In this document: positions 10,445-19,822 of the stretch, one piece after another | Numbering within the stretch: position 1 is the stretch's first letter | How the letters are laid out: each line of letters opens with the position of its first letter | NCBI GenBank assembly: GCA_963702205.1 | Contig: OY969724.1 | Location: 1,568,001 to 1,632,000 of the forward strand | From: an uncultured candidate division Zixibacteria bacterium | GTDB taxonomy: Bacteria; Zixibacteria; MSB-5A5; GN15; PGXB01 | Reading direction: 5' to 3' | DNA: 64,000 nt | Made by a program: the position numbers and the translations under genes | The notes under the pieces: model-generated | Database searches by the model: none | Seen by the model: only the letters and a program-made list of their open reading frames with translations | Told to the model about the DNA's origin: nothing

Positions 10445-10569
10445 GGCGACGGGAGCGGTGGATCGGCGACTGTTCCCCCTCGAAATATATGTCCCAAATC
10501 CACCGACCCGGATCGAAGCAGAGCACGAGAGCTCCGAACACGGGGCGTCCCCCGTCGCACCCCGTTGCC
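10445..10569. other. Candidate structured non-coding element (nested stems)
   Basis: Several complementary arms in a 510-bp intergenic gap; no family recognised. Confidence 0.3.
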
Positions 10570-10928
10570 CTGAGCCGTCAATGTTTTTTCGGCTGCAGGA
10601 GGCCATAGATCTCTCCCAGGCTTTCAGGGTGACTATTTGCCCGAACCCTTCCTGTTTATACCGGGCAGAATGATATCGATGGCGAATAATAAAAATCGAA
10701 TATCTCAAACCCGATATGTACAGGAAATATTCAGATTAATACGGCCACTTTGACAATAATAAAGATATTATCGGGCCCGCGATACGTCAAGCAATAAATC
10801 GAGGCAATTGTCGATTTCTCCGTCTCCAAACTTTTTTGTTGCTTTTTAACGTATGCGGGATTAATGTATCGCAAAAATTGACGACATCTAAAGTACGGTG
10901 TAACCCTATTACGTCGTTAGGATTATAA

Positions 10929-11957
10929 GTGGGCCTTTTTGATTTTATTTCAAGCGACATCGGTATTGACCTGGGAACGGCTAATACTCTGGTGTTTGTA
11001 CGGGGACAGGGAATAGTCCTTAATGAACCGTCGGTGGTGGCGGTCGAAAAAGCCACCGGCAAAATTCTGGCCGTCGGCTCGGCGGCCAAAGAAATGCTGG
11101 GGCGTACACCCGGCGAAATCGCGGCCATCCGACCGCTGAAAGACGGCGTTATCGCCGATTTCGAAATCTCCGAAAAACTCCTGTCGGACTTTATCCGGCG
11201 TGTTATTCGGCATAAATACCTGATGAAACCGCGCATCGTAATCTCGGTGCCGTCCGGTATTACCGAGGTCGAAAAAAGAGCGGTGCGAGATTCTGCCGAA
11301 AACGCCGGAGCCCGCGAAGTGTTCCTTTTGCAGGAGCCGATGGCGGCGGCGATCGGGGTCGGGCTGGCGGTCGATCAGCCGACCGGTATCATGATTATTG
11401 ATATCGGTGGCGGGACATCCGAAATCGCGGTTATCGCCCTGAATGGCATTGTTAATAATATCTCGGTGCGCATCGCCGGTGACGAACTCAACGAAGCCGT
11501 CATCATGTACCTCAAGAAAAATTATAACCTGCTTATCGGGGAGCTGACGGCCGAGGATATAAAGATCAAAATAGGATCGGCATTTCCTCTGGAAAAAGAG
11601 ATTTCCATGGAAATCAAGGGCCGCGACCTCGTCGCCGGGGTACCGAAGAATTTAAAACTTTCGTCGGTGCAGGTTAGGGAAGCGTTGGTGGAACCGATCG
11701 ACAGAATTGTGGAAGCGGTCCGCCAGTCTCTGGAAAAGACACCGCCGGAACTGGCTTCGGATATTCTCGAACGGGGCATCATTCTTACCGGCGGCGGCGC
11801 TCTGCTGCGCGGGCTGGACAAGCGGCTGCGGCAGGAAACCAATCTTCCGGTCAATATCGCCGAAGACCCGCTGACATGCGTGGTGCGGGGAACGGGCAAA
11901 GTGCTGGAAAACATGCAGCAATACTCAAAAGTCCTCATGAAAAGCCGCCCCGATTAA
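10929..11957 (+). CDS. mreB: Rod shape-determining protein MreB
   Basis: [32 protein letters not shown] and TGGGALL motifs. Confidence 0.96.
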   Translation: MGLFDFISSDIGIDLGTANTLVFVRGQGIVLNEPSVVAVEKATGKILAVGSAAKEMLGRTPGEIAAIRPLKDGVIADFEISEKLLSDFIRRVIRHKYLMKPRIVISVPSGITEVEKRAVRDSAENAGAREVFLLQEPMAAAIGVGLAVDQPTGIMIIDIGGGTSEIAVIALNGIVNNISVRIAGDELNEAVIMYLKKNYNLLIGELTAEDIKIKIGSAFPLEKEISMEIKGRDLVAGVPKNLKLSSVQVREALVEPIDRIVEAVRQSLEKTPPELASDILERGIILTGGGALLRGLDKRLRQETNLPVNIAEDPLTCVVRGTGKVLENMQQYSKVLMKSRPD

Positions 11958-11990
11958 GCTGTGCAAAAATGGTACAGCGCCGAATATCAC

Positions 11991-12021
11991 GGACAAACTT
12001 GAAATAGTTTGTCCTTTTTTT
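11991..12021 (+). terminator. Intrinsic terminator after mreB
   Basis: GGACAAACT-TGAAAT-AGTTTGTCC followed by a T7 tract. Confidence 0.8.
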
Positions 12022-12067
12022 ATTAGTCTTTTGGATTTATCGTTTGTCCAAAAGGTAAAGACACAAA

Positions 12068-12613
12068 TTGATACAATTAGAGGAACAAGAACTGGTAAGG
12101 CAGGCTAAGGCGGGAGATCGCCGAGCCTTCGACAAACTGGTTGCGGAGAATAAAGATAAGATGTTTGCCCTGATTTACAGAATGACCGAGAACCGCAAGA
12201 CGGCCCTGGACCTGCTCCAGGATTCTTTTTTGGCGGCCTACAAGTCGCTCAAGAAGTTCCGGGGTGATTCAGGGTTTTCGAGCTGGTTGTATCGGATTGC
12301 ATCAAATAAAACGTTGAACTATATACGTCGCTCCAAAATCATTCCTTTTTATAATATAGAAGCTAATCCGGGCAACGAACCGGCCTATGAAATGGTCGAT
12401 TCCGTGGAAAACGAAGCGCTCCAGAAATCCATGGTCGCCGCCCTGAAAAAACTTCCCCCGCAGCAGAAGCTGGTTTTTAACCTGCGCTTCTATGAAGAAC
12501 TGCCGTTTGCGGAGATAGCCGCGATTCTGGAGAGAAGTGAATCGACCGTCAAGACGCACTATCAAAAGGCGATCGAAAAGCTTCGGGAAGACCTGAAAGA
12601 ATTCAGAGATTAA
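12068..12613 (+). CDS. ECF sigma-70 factor
   Basis: Region 2 DLLQDSF..FRGDSGFSSWLYRIA; region 4 FAEIAAIL..STVK. Confidence 0.92.
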   Translation: MIQLEEQELVRQAKAGDRRAFDKLVAENKDKMFALIYRMTENRKTALDLLQDSFLAAYKSLKKFRGDSGFSSWLYRIASNKTLNYIRRSKIIPFYNIEANPGNEPAYEMVDSVENEALQKSMVAALKKLPPQQKLVFNLRFYEELPFAEIAAILERSESTVKTHYQKAIEKLREDLKEFRD

Positions 12614-12616
12614 GAC

Positions 12617-13087
12617 ATGGCTGATAATTCGCAAAATAATAATTCGAAAGCCTTGGGCAAGCTTGAGGCCGATCTCAAAAAGCTCAAGGTTCCGCCTTTA
12701 TCTCAAAACGAGACGGCGCAGTTTTATGCGCGTCTCGATACGGCCCTGGATATCGCGGATCATCGGTCCGGGCAGTTCGGGAAAAGCCTTTTGCGGTGGG
12801 GCGCGGCAGTGTCCGCGATGGTTGTCATAGTCGGAATGTCTTTCGTTACCGGTCTTAAATACGGACAGAACGGGGTTCTTCCCGACAGCACCATTACTTA
12901 CAACTATCTGGCTACCGGCCAGCAGTCCACCGATAGCGAAGAGCTCGATGATCCGTATGTCGAAATGTTGATTTCCTCGCAGGTACAGTCGAACGGGTAT
13001 GATATTTCCGACGACCTTCTGGGGAATCTGTCCAAAGACGAATTGCAAATGCTCAATAAGGAAATAGACGTGGGAGATTTGCTATGA
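12617..13087 (+). CDS. Single-TM putative anti-sigma factor
   Basis: Directly after the ECF sigma; central hydrophobic helix. Confidence 0.6.
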   Translation: MADNSQNNNSKALGKLEADLKKLKVPPLSQNETAQFYARLDTALDIADHRSGQFGKSLLRWGAAVSAMVVIVGMSFVTGLKYGQNGVLPDSTITYNYLATGQQSTDSEELDDPYVEMLISSQVQSNGYDISDDLLGNLSKDELQMLNKEIDVGDLL

Positions 13088-13674
13088 GGTTGAAAAATAG
13101 TATGATGATAAGCTTGATGGTGCTCTTGTTGGCTGTGCCGGTGTCGTATGCCGGACAAATCGACGAGCCGCCTTCACCTGACAGTGGTCAGGCTCCACCC
13201 ATGATGAACAAGGGCATGGGACCAGGGCCGCACGGAATGGGCTTCAACCGGGGCTCCGACGAAGACCGGGCACAAACGCTGGAGAACCTCCGTCTCCTGA
13301 AGCTGCTTGAATTATTGGACCTTGATGACGATCAAAGTTCACAGTTCATACTTATTTTCAGCAACTTCCGCAAGGACTCACGACAGTTGCACGACGATAT
13401 CAGCGCAAAAGTGGATGAACTGGCTGAACTGCTTAAGTCGGATCAGCCGTCTGATTCAGAGATTAAAACCCTGGTCAAACAGATCGATGAGATGCGTTTG
13501 GGCCATGTGAAAATCGCCGAAAAATTCCATCAAAAGGCTGCCGAGATTCTGACTCCGGCCCAGATGGGCAAAATGGTGGTTTTCGAAAACAGGTTCGAAA
13601 AGGAGCTTATCGATACCGTCCGGGGTTTTCGGGGCGGCATGAACAGACGCCCCTTCGGGCAAGGCGAAAATTAA
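13084..13674 (+). CDS. Periplasmic Spy/CpxP/ZraP-like (LTXXQ) protein
   Basis: Signal peptide, LDLDDDQ and LTPAQ motifs, helical composition. Confidence 0.75.
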   Translation: MRLKNSMMISLMVLLLAVPVSYAGQIDEPPSPDSGQAPPMMNKGMGPGPHGMGFNRGSDEDRAQTLENLRLLKLLELLDLDDDQSSQFILIFSNFRKDSRQLHDDISAKVDELAELLKSDQPSDSEIKTLVKQIDEMRLGHVKIAEKFHQKAAEILTPAQMGKMVVFENRFEKELIDTVRGFRGGMNRRPFGQGEN

Positions 13675-13694
13675 ATTGTTGAAAGGAGACTAAA

Positions 13695-14270
13695 ATGAAA
13701 AGGGCAATAGTACTTACCGTAGCAGGACTGATGCTGCTGGCTTTGAGCGCGGCGGCGCAGGGCATGGGGCCGATGATGGGTTCGGGACACGATGGATGCC
13801 GCTTCAACCAGGACGGCGGCCGGATGATGATGGGGCGCGGTCACGGTGGAGAAGGCGGACAACAGTTGGGACGCATTCTGCAAATGGCCGATGAGCTGAA
13901 TCTGACTCAGGACCAGAAGGACTCCATCATGAAAATGCAGAAAACCTTCGGCGTTGAGAGAATAGATACTAAAGCCAATCTGGAAAAGGCTCAGCTGGAA
14001 CTCAGAAACCTGAGAATGTCGCAGGCGTCCGATGCCGACATTCTGGCCGCCATCGATAAGGTCGGCCAATATCGGACCGATATGCAGAAGATGATGTTCC
14101 GCCACCGTCAGGCCACGAAAAATGTTCTGACCGATGAGCAGCAGGCCAAGCTCAAGGATATGAGACAGCAGCGGTTCAATGAGGACCACCAGATGATGCC
14201 CGGCATGGGTCAGGGCAGACAGGGTGGCCGCGGTCAGGGTCAGGGCATGAATCGTCCCGGCAAAATTTAA
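13695..14270 (+). CDS. Periplasmic Spy/CpxP family chaperone (LTXXQ)
   Basis: Signal peptide, LTQDQ and LTDEQ motifs, Met/Gly/His-rich termini; AGGAG SD. Confidence 0.85.
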   Translation: MKRAIVLTVAGLMLLALSAAAQGMGPMMGSGHDGCRFNQDGGRMMMGRGHGGEGGQQLGRILQMADELNLTQDQKDSIMKMQKTFGVERIDTKANLEKAQLELRNLRMSQASDADILAAIDKVGQYRTDMQKMMFRHRQATKNVLTDEQQAKLKDMRQQRFNEDHQMMPGMGQGRQGGRGQGQGMNRPGKI

Positions 14271-14296
14271 CCACCTTTGCGCGATATGCGACACCT

Positions 14297-14449
14297 GAGG
14301 GCGGGTCGGATGATCCGCCCTTATCATTTTAACCGAAATAAAAATGTTCCGTCGGGTGTTGATTTCGACAAAGTCGAAATTGTCACCCGACGGATTCCAT
14401 GCAAAGATCGCAGGGTCACACCCCGACTGCGTCGGGTCAAGACCCTGCG
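14297..14449. repeat. Cluster of three hairpins, two with REP-like nested stems
   Basis: 14348-14394 TCCGTCGGGTG..ATTTCGAC-AAA-GTCGAAAT..CACCCGACGGA; 14409-14449 CGCAGGGTC..CCCGAC-TGC-GTCGGG..GACCCTGCG. Confidence 0.6.
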
Positions 14450-14550
14450 GAACAAACACATTCTAAAAAGCCTCCCAGAAAACAATGCCATAATGGCAGA
14501 ATTATGACAAAATAGCTTGACTTCTGTTGCTAATTGTCGAAATTACTGCC

Positions 14551-16770
14551 ATGTCAAAAACTCAAGAACAATTTATTATCGATTACATGTCATTTCGGGC
14601 CGGTCGCCCTTTGAAAATAAAGGAAATGGCCTCCGAAATGAAAATCCCGGCCCGAGAATACGGCGATTTTCGGGATACGGTAAAGGGACTGCTCGATGAA
14701 GGCAAGCTGGTCAGACTTAGACGCGGCCGCATCGGCGTGCCTTCCGAGATGAATCTGGTGGTCGGACAGATTACGATTTCCCGAGCCGGGGTAGGGTTGG
14801 TCTATACCGAAGATTCCCGGCCGGTCGAGATTCAGCCCCAGCATCTCGACACCGCACTCGAAGGCGACCGGGTCATGGTGCGCATTGATTCATCGAAAGA
14901 TAACAAAGCCTGCGGCCGGGTGATCAAAATCATCGAGCGCACCAACCAGAGTTTTGTCGGGACCTTTCAGAAGGGGCGGCATTTCAGTTGGGTGGTACCG
15001 GACAAGAAACGTCTGCACCGCAACATTTATATTCCCAACCGGCTTTCGCTGCGTGCCGGTGACGGCGAAAAAGTGGCCGTGAAAATAACCGTCTGGGAAC
15101 AGCCGCATCTTAATCCTGAGGGCGAGATTATCGAGCGGCTCGGGTTCCCCGGCGATCCGAAGACCGCCATGCTGACGGTTATGCGGACGTACAATCTTCC
15201 CGAAGCCTTCCCGCCGGATGTACTGTCCGAGGCCAAAGAAGCCGCACTTCTCGGGGGACCCAAGGAGACGCGACACCGTCGCGATTTCACCGGCTGGACC
15301 ATCTATACGATCGATCCGGTCGATGCCAAAGATTTTGACGACGCCGTCACGGTTACCAAAACGGCCGAGGGTTATCGACTGGGTGTGTTTATTGCCGACG
15401 TTTCGCACTATGTCCGGTCGGATACGGCCCTCGATAAAGAAGCCTTCGACCGGGGCAATTCGGTTTATTTGCCGGGTGACGTAATCCCGATGCTTCCGGA
15501 GAGTCTGTCCAATAATGTCTGTTCGCTCAAACCCAATACGAGACGGCTGGTCTATGGGGTCATAATTGACTTCGATGATAGCGGCAAAATGCTGAAATGG
15601 GATATAACCGATGGCGTGATAAAATCGAAAGCGCGTCTCACTTACGAGCAAGTCCAGGCCTTTTTCGATACCGGCAAAGTCACGCCGCGCCTAAAAGGCG
15701 TCGCCGAAAATCTGACCCTGGCCCGGAAACTGGCGCAGGTCCTGACCAAAAGGCGGATGAATTCGGGATCGCTCGATTTCGATTTGCCCGAAGCGCGAAT
15801 TGTCATGGATCAGGACGGCAAGGTCGTCGAAATCGGCAAACGAGTTCGATCCGAAGCCAACCGGTTAGTCGAAGAATTCATGTTGGCGGCCAATAAAGCG
15901 ATTGCGATGGATGTCTCGCGCAAGGGATTCAAGTTCCTGTACCGCGTGCACGACCGCCCCGACATGGAGAAGCTGGAGGCTTTCTCTTACATGGTTGGTC
16001 GCCTGGGCTACAAGTTCCCCGTGTCCAAAGAAATTAAACCGATTCAGTTTTCCCGGTTTTTGGAACAGGTCAAAGGACAGCCGGAAGAAGAGATGCTCAA
16101 CGAACTGATGCTTCGCTCCATGAAAAAAGCGGTTTATCAGTCGAAAAACATCGGCCACTTCGGTTTGGCGTTCAAGCACTATACTCATTTCACGTCGCCG
16201 ATTCGCCGCTATCCCGATTTGATGGTGCATCGTCTGCTGAAAATTCTCGCCAATGGACGCTATCCGGTCGAATTGGAAAACCGTCTCGATACTATTCTGG
16301 GCAACGTCGGGAGGCACTGCTCCGAGACCGAACGTCTCGCCGAAGCGGCCGAAAGGGAAGCGGTGAAAATCAAACAGGTTGAATATATGTCGGCTCATGT
16401 CGGTGAAGAGTACACCGGTGTCATATCCGGCGTATTGAGTTTCGGCTTCTTCGTGCGGCTCGATGGCGTCGGCGCCGAAGGCATGATTCGGTTGTCCACC
16501 CTCGATGATGACTATTACCAGTTCGAAGAAAAGAATTATCGTCTGGTCGGTCGCCGGACCGGGCGGATCTTCCAGCTGGGCGACGCGATCAAAGTCGGGG
16601 TGATGAAAGTGGACATTATTAAGAATGAAATCGACCTGTTTCTGGTTGAAGCGCCAAAAGCGACACCAAAACGAAAAAGCGGCAAGCCGAGAGCGCGGGA
16701 AGACAAGAATCTCAAACCCCGGGGCAAGCGCGCTCCCGATCGCAGGAATTCCCGGCGGAGACGCAAATGA
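14551..16770 (+). CDS. rnr: Ribonuclease R
   Basis: TIDPVDAKDFDDA, RGNSVY, LVEEFML and HFTSPIRRYPDL motifs; S1 domain; basic C-terminal tail. Confidence 0.95.
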   Translation: MSKTQEQFIIDYMSFRAGRPLKIKEMASEMKIPAREYGDFRDTVKGLLDEGKLVRLRRGRIGVPSEMNLVVGQITISRAGVGLVYTEDSRPVEIQPQHLDTALEGDRVMVRIDSSKDNKACGRVIKIIERTNQSFVGTFQKGRHFSWVVPDKKRLHRNIYIPNRLSLRAGDGEKVAVKITVWEQPHLNPEGEIIERLGFPGDPKTAMLTVMRTYNLPEAFPPDVLSEAKEAALLGGPKETRHRRDFTGWTIYTIDPVDAKDFDDAVTVTKTAEGYRLGVFIADVSHYVRSDTALDKEAFDRGNSVYLPGDVIPMLPESLSNNVCSLKPNTRRLVYGVIIDFDDSGKMLKWDITDGVIKSKARLTYEQVQAFFDTGKVTPRLKGVAENLTLARKLAQVLTKRRMNSGSLDFDLPEARIVMDQDGKVVEIGKRVRSEANRLVEEFMLAANKAIAMDVSRKGFKFLYRVHDRPDMEKLEAFSYMVGRLGYKFPVSKEIKPIQFSRFLEQVKGQPEEEMLNELMLRSMKKAVYQSKNIGHFGLAFKHYTHFTSPIRRYPDLMVHRLLKILANGRYPVELENRLDTILGNVGRHCSETERLAEAAEREAVKIKQVEYMSAHVGEEYTGVISGVLSFGFFVRLDGVGAEGMIRLSTLDDDYYQFEEKNYRLVGRRTGRIFQLGDAIKVGVMKVDIIKNEIDLFLVEAPKATPKRKSGKPRAREDKNLKPRGKRAPDRRNSRRRRK

Positions 16771-18200
16771 AGCAAAATGTTCTGATTGTCATCAAGCCTG
16801 ACCGCGCCGAAAACAAGCATTTGAAGAACGTTCTCGGTTCATTGGGAGAGACGGTCGGTGAGATTTCGCTGGTCAATACCATTCTTAAAGAGCGACAAAT
16901 AGACCTGATTCTTTTTGACTCCGCATTTCCCGGTCTGAGCCGGGCGGTGATAAACCGCATACGGGTTCGTTCACTGTTGACTGATATCTGGATATTGTCC
17001 GAAGCGGCTGAAAGTCAAACTGATGACGTCACGGACTATTTCGATGGTTCGATCGACCTGCGCAGCGCGGCATCGGCGTTGACCGAAAAAGTCGCCGATA
17101 TACTCCGCCAGAAAGCGCTGCTTTATAAGTATGGTCTCGTGGGGCGTTCGGACAAAATGAAACTGGTGGCCGAAACCGTCGACAGAATCGCACCGACCGA
17201 TATTTCGGTATTGATCGTCGGTCCGTCGGGCAGCGGCAAAGAACTGGTGTCGCGGGCAATACACAATCATTCGCGACGGGCCGATCACAATTTCGTGGCG
17301 GTCAATTGCGGAGCCATCGCCGAAGGGATCCTGGAATCGGAACTATTCGGCCACGAGAAAGGCGCGTTCACCGGTTCGGTCGGTAAACGCGACGGACTTT
17401 TCGTGCGGGCCGACGGCGGGACCATGCTGCTCGATGAAATCGGCGAAACGCACCCGGATATGCAGGTCAAACTTCTGCGGGTGCTTGAAGACGGGATGTT
17501 TTATCCGGTTGGGGCCGATCGACCGGCACATTCTGATGTCAGAATTATCGCCGCGACCAATCGCGACCTGACGACGGCTATCGCGGACGGGCAGTTCCGG
17601 GAGGATTTGTACTTCCGGCTGAGCGTTATTAAAATCATTTTGCCACCGCTGTACGATCGTCGGGAGGACGTCCTGCCATTGTTGTACCATTTTGCGCAGA
17701 AGGAAAATCTTAAGGGATTCAGCGATTCGGCTCTGGACCTGCTTCGCCGCTACGACTGGCCGGGCAACGTCCGGCAACTGCGCAATTTCGTGATGCGCAT
17801 GGCCGCCCTGCACCGTGACAGGCAGGTCGAAAAAGCCGAAGTTGAACGATTTATCGACGAACAGCATATGGGGCAGACCAATCTGCCGATAGCGACCGGA
17901 CGTACCCCGGAAGAAGCTGGGCATGAGCTGATATACCGGGCGCTGCTGTCGCTGGGCAATGAAATAAGAATGCTGCGGGACCTGATTACTTCCAACCTGC
18001 CTTCCAAGACGGATTTTGAATCTCACGAGCCATACGCCGACGATGCTTCTACACAAACGCAGTCGATGCAGGACATGGAAAGAGAACTGATCGCGGCAAC
18101 ACTGTCGGACACCGACGGCAACCGCCGCGAAACGGCCCGCAAGCTCGGCATTGGCGAGAGAACCCTGTACAGGAAATTGAAAAAATACGGTCTGAATTGA
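16767..18200 (+). CDS. Sigma-54-dependent transcriptional activator (degenerate receiver, AAA+, Fis HTH)
   Basis: GPSGSGKE, ESELFGHEKGAFTGS, LLDEIGE, WPGNVRQL and RTLYRKLK motifs. Confidence 0.93.
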   Translation: MKQNVLIVIKPDRAENKHLKNVLGSLGETVGEISLVNTILKERQIDLILFDSAFPGLSRAVINRIRVRSLLTDIWILSEAAESQTDDVTDYFDGSIDLRSAASALTEKVADILRQKALLYKYGLVGRSDKMKLVAETVDRIAPTDISVLIVGPSGSGKELVSRAIHNHSRRADHNFVAVNCGAIAEGILESELFGHEKGAFTGSVGKRDGLFVRADGGTMLLDEIGETHPDMQVKLLRVLEDGMFYPVGADRPAHSDVRIIAATNRDLTTAIADGQFREDLYFRLSVIKIILPPLYDRREDVLPLLYHFAQKENLKGFSDSALDLLRRYDWPGNVRQLRNFVMRMAALHRDRQVEKAEVERFIDEQHMGQTNLPIATGRTPEEAGHELIYRALLSLGNEIRMLRDLITSNLPSKTDFESHEPYADDASTQTQSMQDMERELIAATLSDTDGNRRETARKLGIGERTLYRKLKKYGLN

Positions 18201-19822
18201 TTCGCGCTGTATCAATCATAACGGTCGCCATATTTATTTTGTGTGCGGTCGCGTATGCCGACGATCTTAATCCCGAAGTTTACCCGTCGGAAGACGAACT
18301 GTACGAAGCGTATCTTCGGGGCGATCTCGATTTTGAAACCTATCGTAATCTGGTTGACCTGATCGAAACCGGGTTGGACAGCACCAACCTTTATCTGCTC
18401 GATGAGCTGCCCGGTGTCAGTCCGGTTCCGGCCCTCGATTCGACCGGTGAGGGTGCGGAACGGGAAGCCGCGTTTCGTCAGCCGAACATCCGGGAGCGAT
18501 CCGGGCAGTGGCACGGTTATCTGAAAGCACGAGCGTCCCGGGTGCTGGAAGATACCGAGGAGTACAAGTCGTATTATTTCCTGAATTCCGATATCGGCAC
18601 GAACTGGAACATCAAAGCGAAACTCAATCGTGGCGAAAGCGGAATATATGAGTGGACACAGCGGTCGGCGGAGTATAATTCCCGCCGAGGGCCATTGAAA
18701 AAGTTTCATCTGGGCAGTTTCAACGCCCGTTTCGGATCAGGATTGAATCTGGGTTTCAGGGGACGGTTGCTGACCAAAGGCGACGAAGAATCCGACGAGA
18801 GTATAATATTTCCTGATTTCAGCGGCTATAACGGCCTCTATCTGGAAGGCTCATCGGGGCGAAATCCGGCCCGCTGGCTTTTGCACCTGGACCAGAACGA
18901 CACACATAAATTCCGCATGAGCGCGATATCGCTTTCGGCCCGGCACGATAGAATATCGGGCGAACTGATCGGTTTGGGAGCGATTCTTGAAAATCGCCAA
19001 ACCGGCAAAGAATATAAATACGTTCAGGCCGGTACCTATGTAACATATGACGCTTATGATTACCGGGCATCCGGGGAAATCGCGGTCCAGCAGTACACTC
19101 AAGATTTTATAGGTGCGGCTCTCATTGAAGGCTCTTATGACGTCGAGCCGATCGAGCTTCAATTGTCGCTCTGGCATTATGCCGATGATTTTATCAATTT
19201 TACCGGCGGAGGCCGGTCTGGCCAGTTGTATCAGACGGTTGTCATCGACAGTCTCGATTTCAGCCTGTCCGATCGGCGAACCGGTCAGGACGGTTTTCGG
19301 CTTAAAAGCGAGACGGGTCTGTCGGACAGAATAAAATCTACTGTCGCCGTATCAAGTTACGGTTTTGACGATTATCATAAGAAGACCGAGTTCTATGCTT
19401 CCGTAGCCGGACTCGTTCAAAATAATTCCTTTCTGACTCTTGATTATCGATACAAACGGAGTTATGATATCGGCGATATTTCTTCCGGAAATGAAACCCG
19501 GCTGGAGTACAAATTGAGACAAAACGGGGTATATCTAAGAACGTATATTGGCTATCAAAACGATGATATCCATGATTACGCCATGATGTTCGTCCGGGCA
19601 TCGGGCGAAGTGCCGTCGGTGGGCATGTTGGAATTATGGTGCAATCTCGACAAGATAAACCTCGAATCGCATCAACTGGATTATATGTACCTCTATGTGC
19701 AGGAAAAAATACCGGTCAGGCAATTCCTGCACATTATCGCCAAGTATTCTTACCGTTACAGTCGGTCGTACACGGACCGACAGCAATCGACATTTTATAT
19801 CGAGGGGCGGGCGATATGGTAG
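18197..19822 (+). CDS. Putative outer-membrane beta-barrel protein, similar in layout to FCB HhH/ComEA-associated OMPs
   Basis: Signal peptide, short helical N region (LDELPG), aromatic-rich strands, C-terminal FYIEGRAIW. Confidence 0.55.
   Translation: MIRAVSIITVAIFILCAVAYADDLNPEVYPSEDELYEAYLRGDLDFETYRNLVDLIETGLDSTNLYLLDELPGVSPVPALDSTGEGAEREAAFRQPNIRERSGQWHGYLKARASRVLEDTEEYKSYYFLNSDIGTNWNIKAKLNRGESGIYEWTQRSAEYNSRRGPLKKFHLGSFNARFGSGLNLGFRGRLLTKGDEESDESIIFPDFSGYNGLYLEGSSGRNPARWLLHLDQNDTHKFRMSAISLSARHDRISGELIGLGAILENRQTGKEYKYVQAGTYVTYDAYDYRASGEIAVQQYTQDFIGAALIEGSYDVEPIELQLSLWHYADDFINFTGGGRSGQLYQTVVIDSLDFSLSDRRTGQDGFRLKSETGLSDRIKSTVAVSSYGFDDYHKKTEFYASVAGLVQNNSFLTLDYRYKRSYDIGDISSGNETRLEYKLRQNGVYLRTYIGYQNDDIHDYAMMFVRASGEVPSVGMLELWCNLDKINLESHQLDYMYLYVQEKIPVRQFLHIIAKYSYRYSRSYTDRQQSTFYIEGRAIW

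Noticed and set aside
10443..10673. 76-aa ORF, or a tRNA on the minus strand ending in CCA
   Set aside because: No SD or recognisable domain; no cloverleaf or T-loop at the right distance from the CCA
14277..14507. 76-aa ORF
   Set aside because: Runs through the hairpin cluster; TTG start without SD
19636..19815. N-terminal extension of the lamin-tail protein
   Set aside because: Overlaps the upstream gene; the signal peptide begins at ATG 19816
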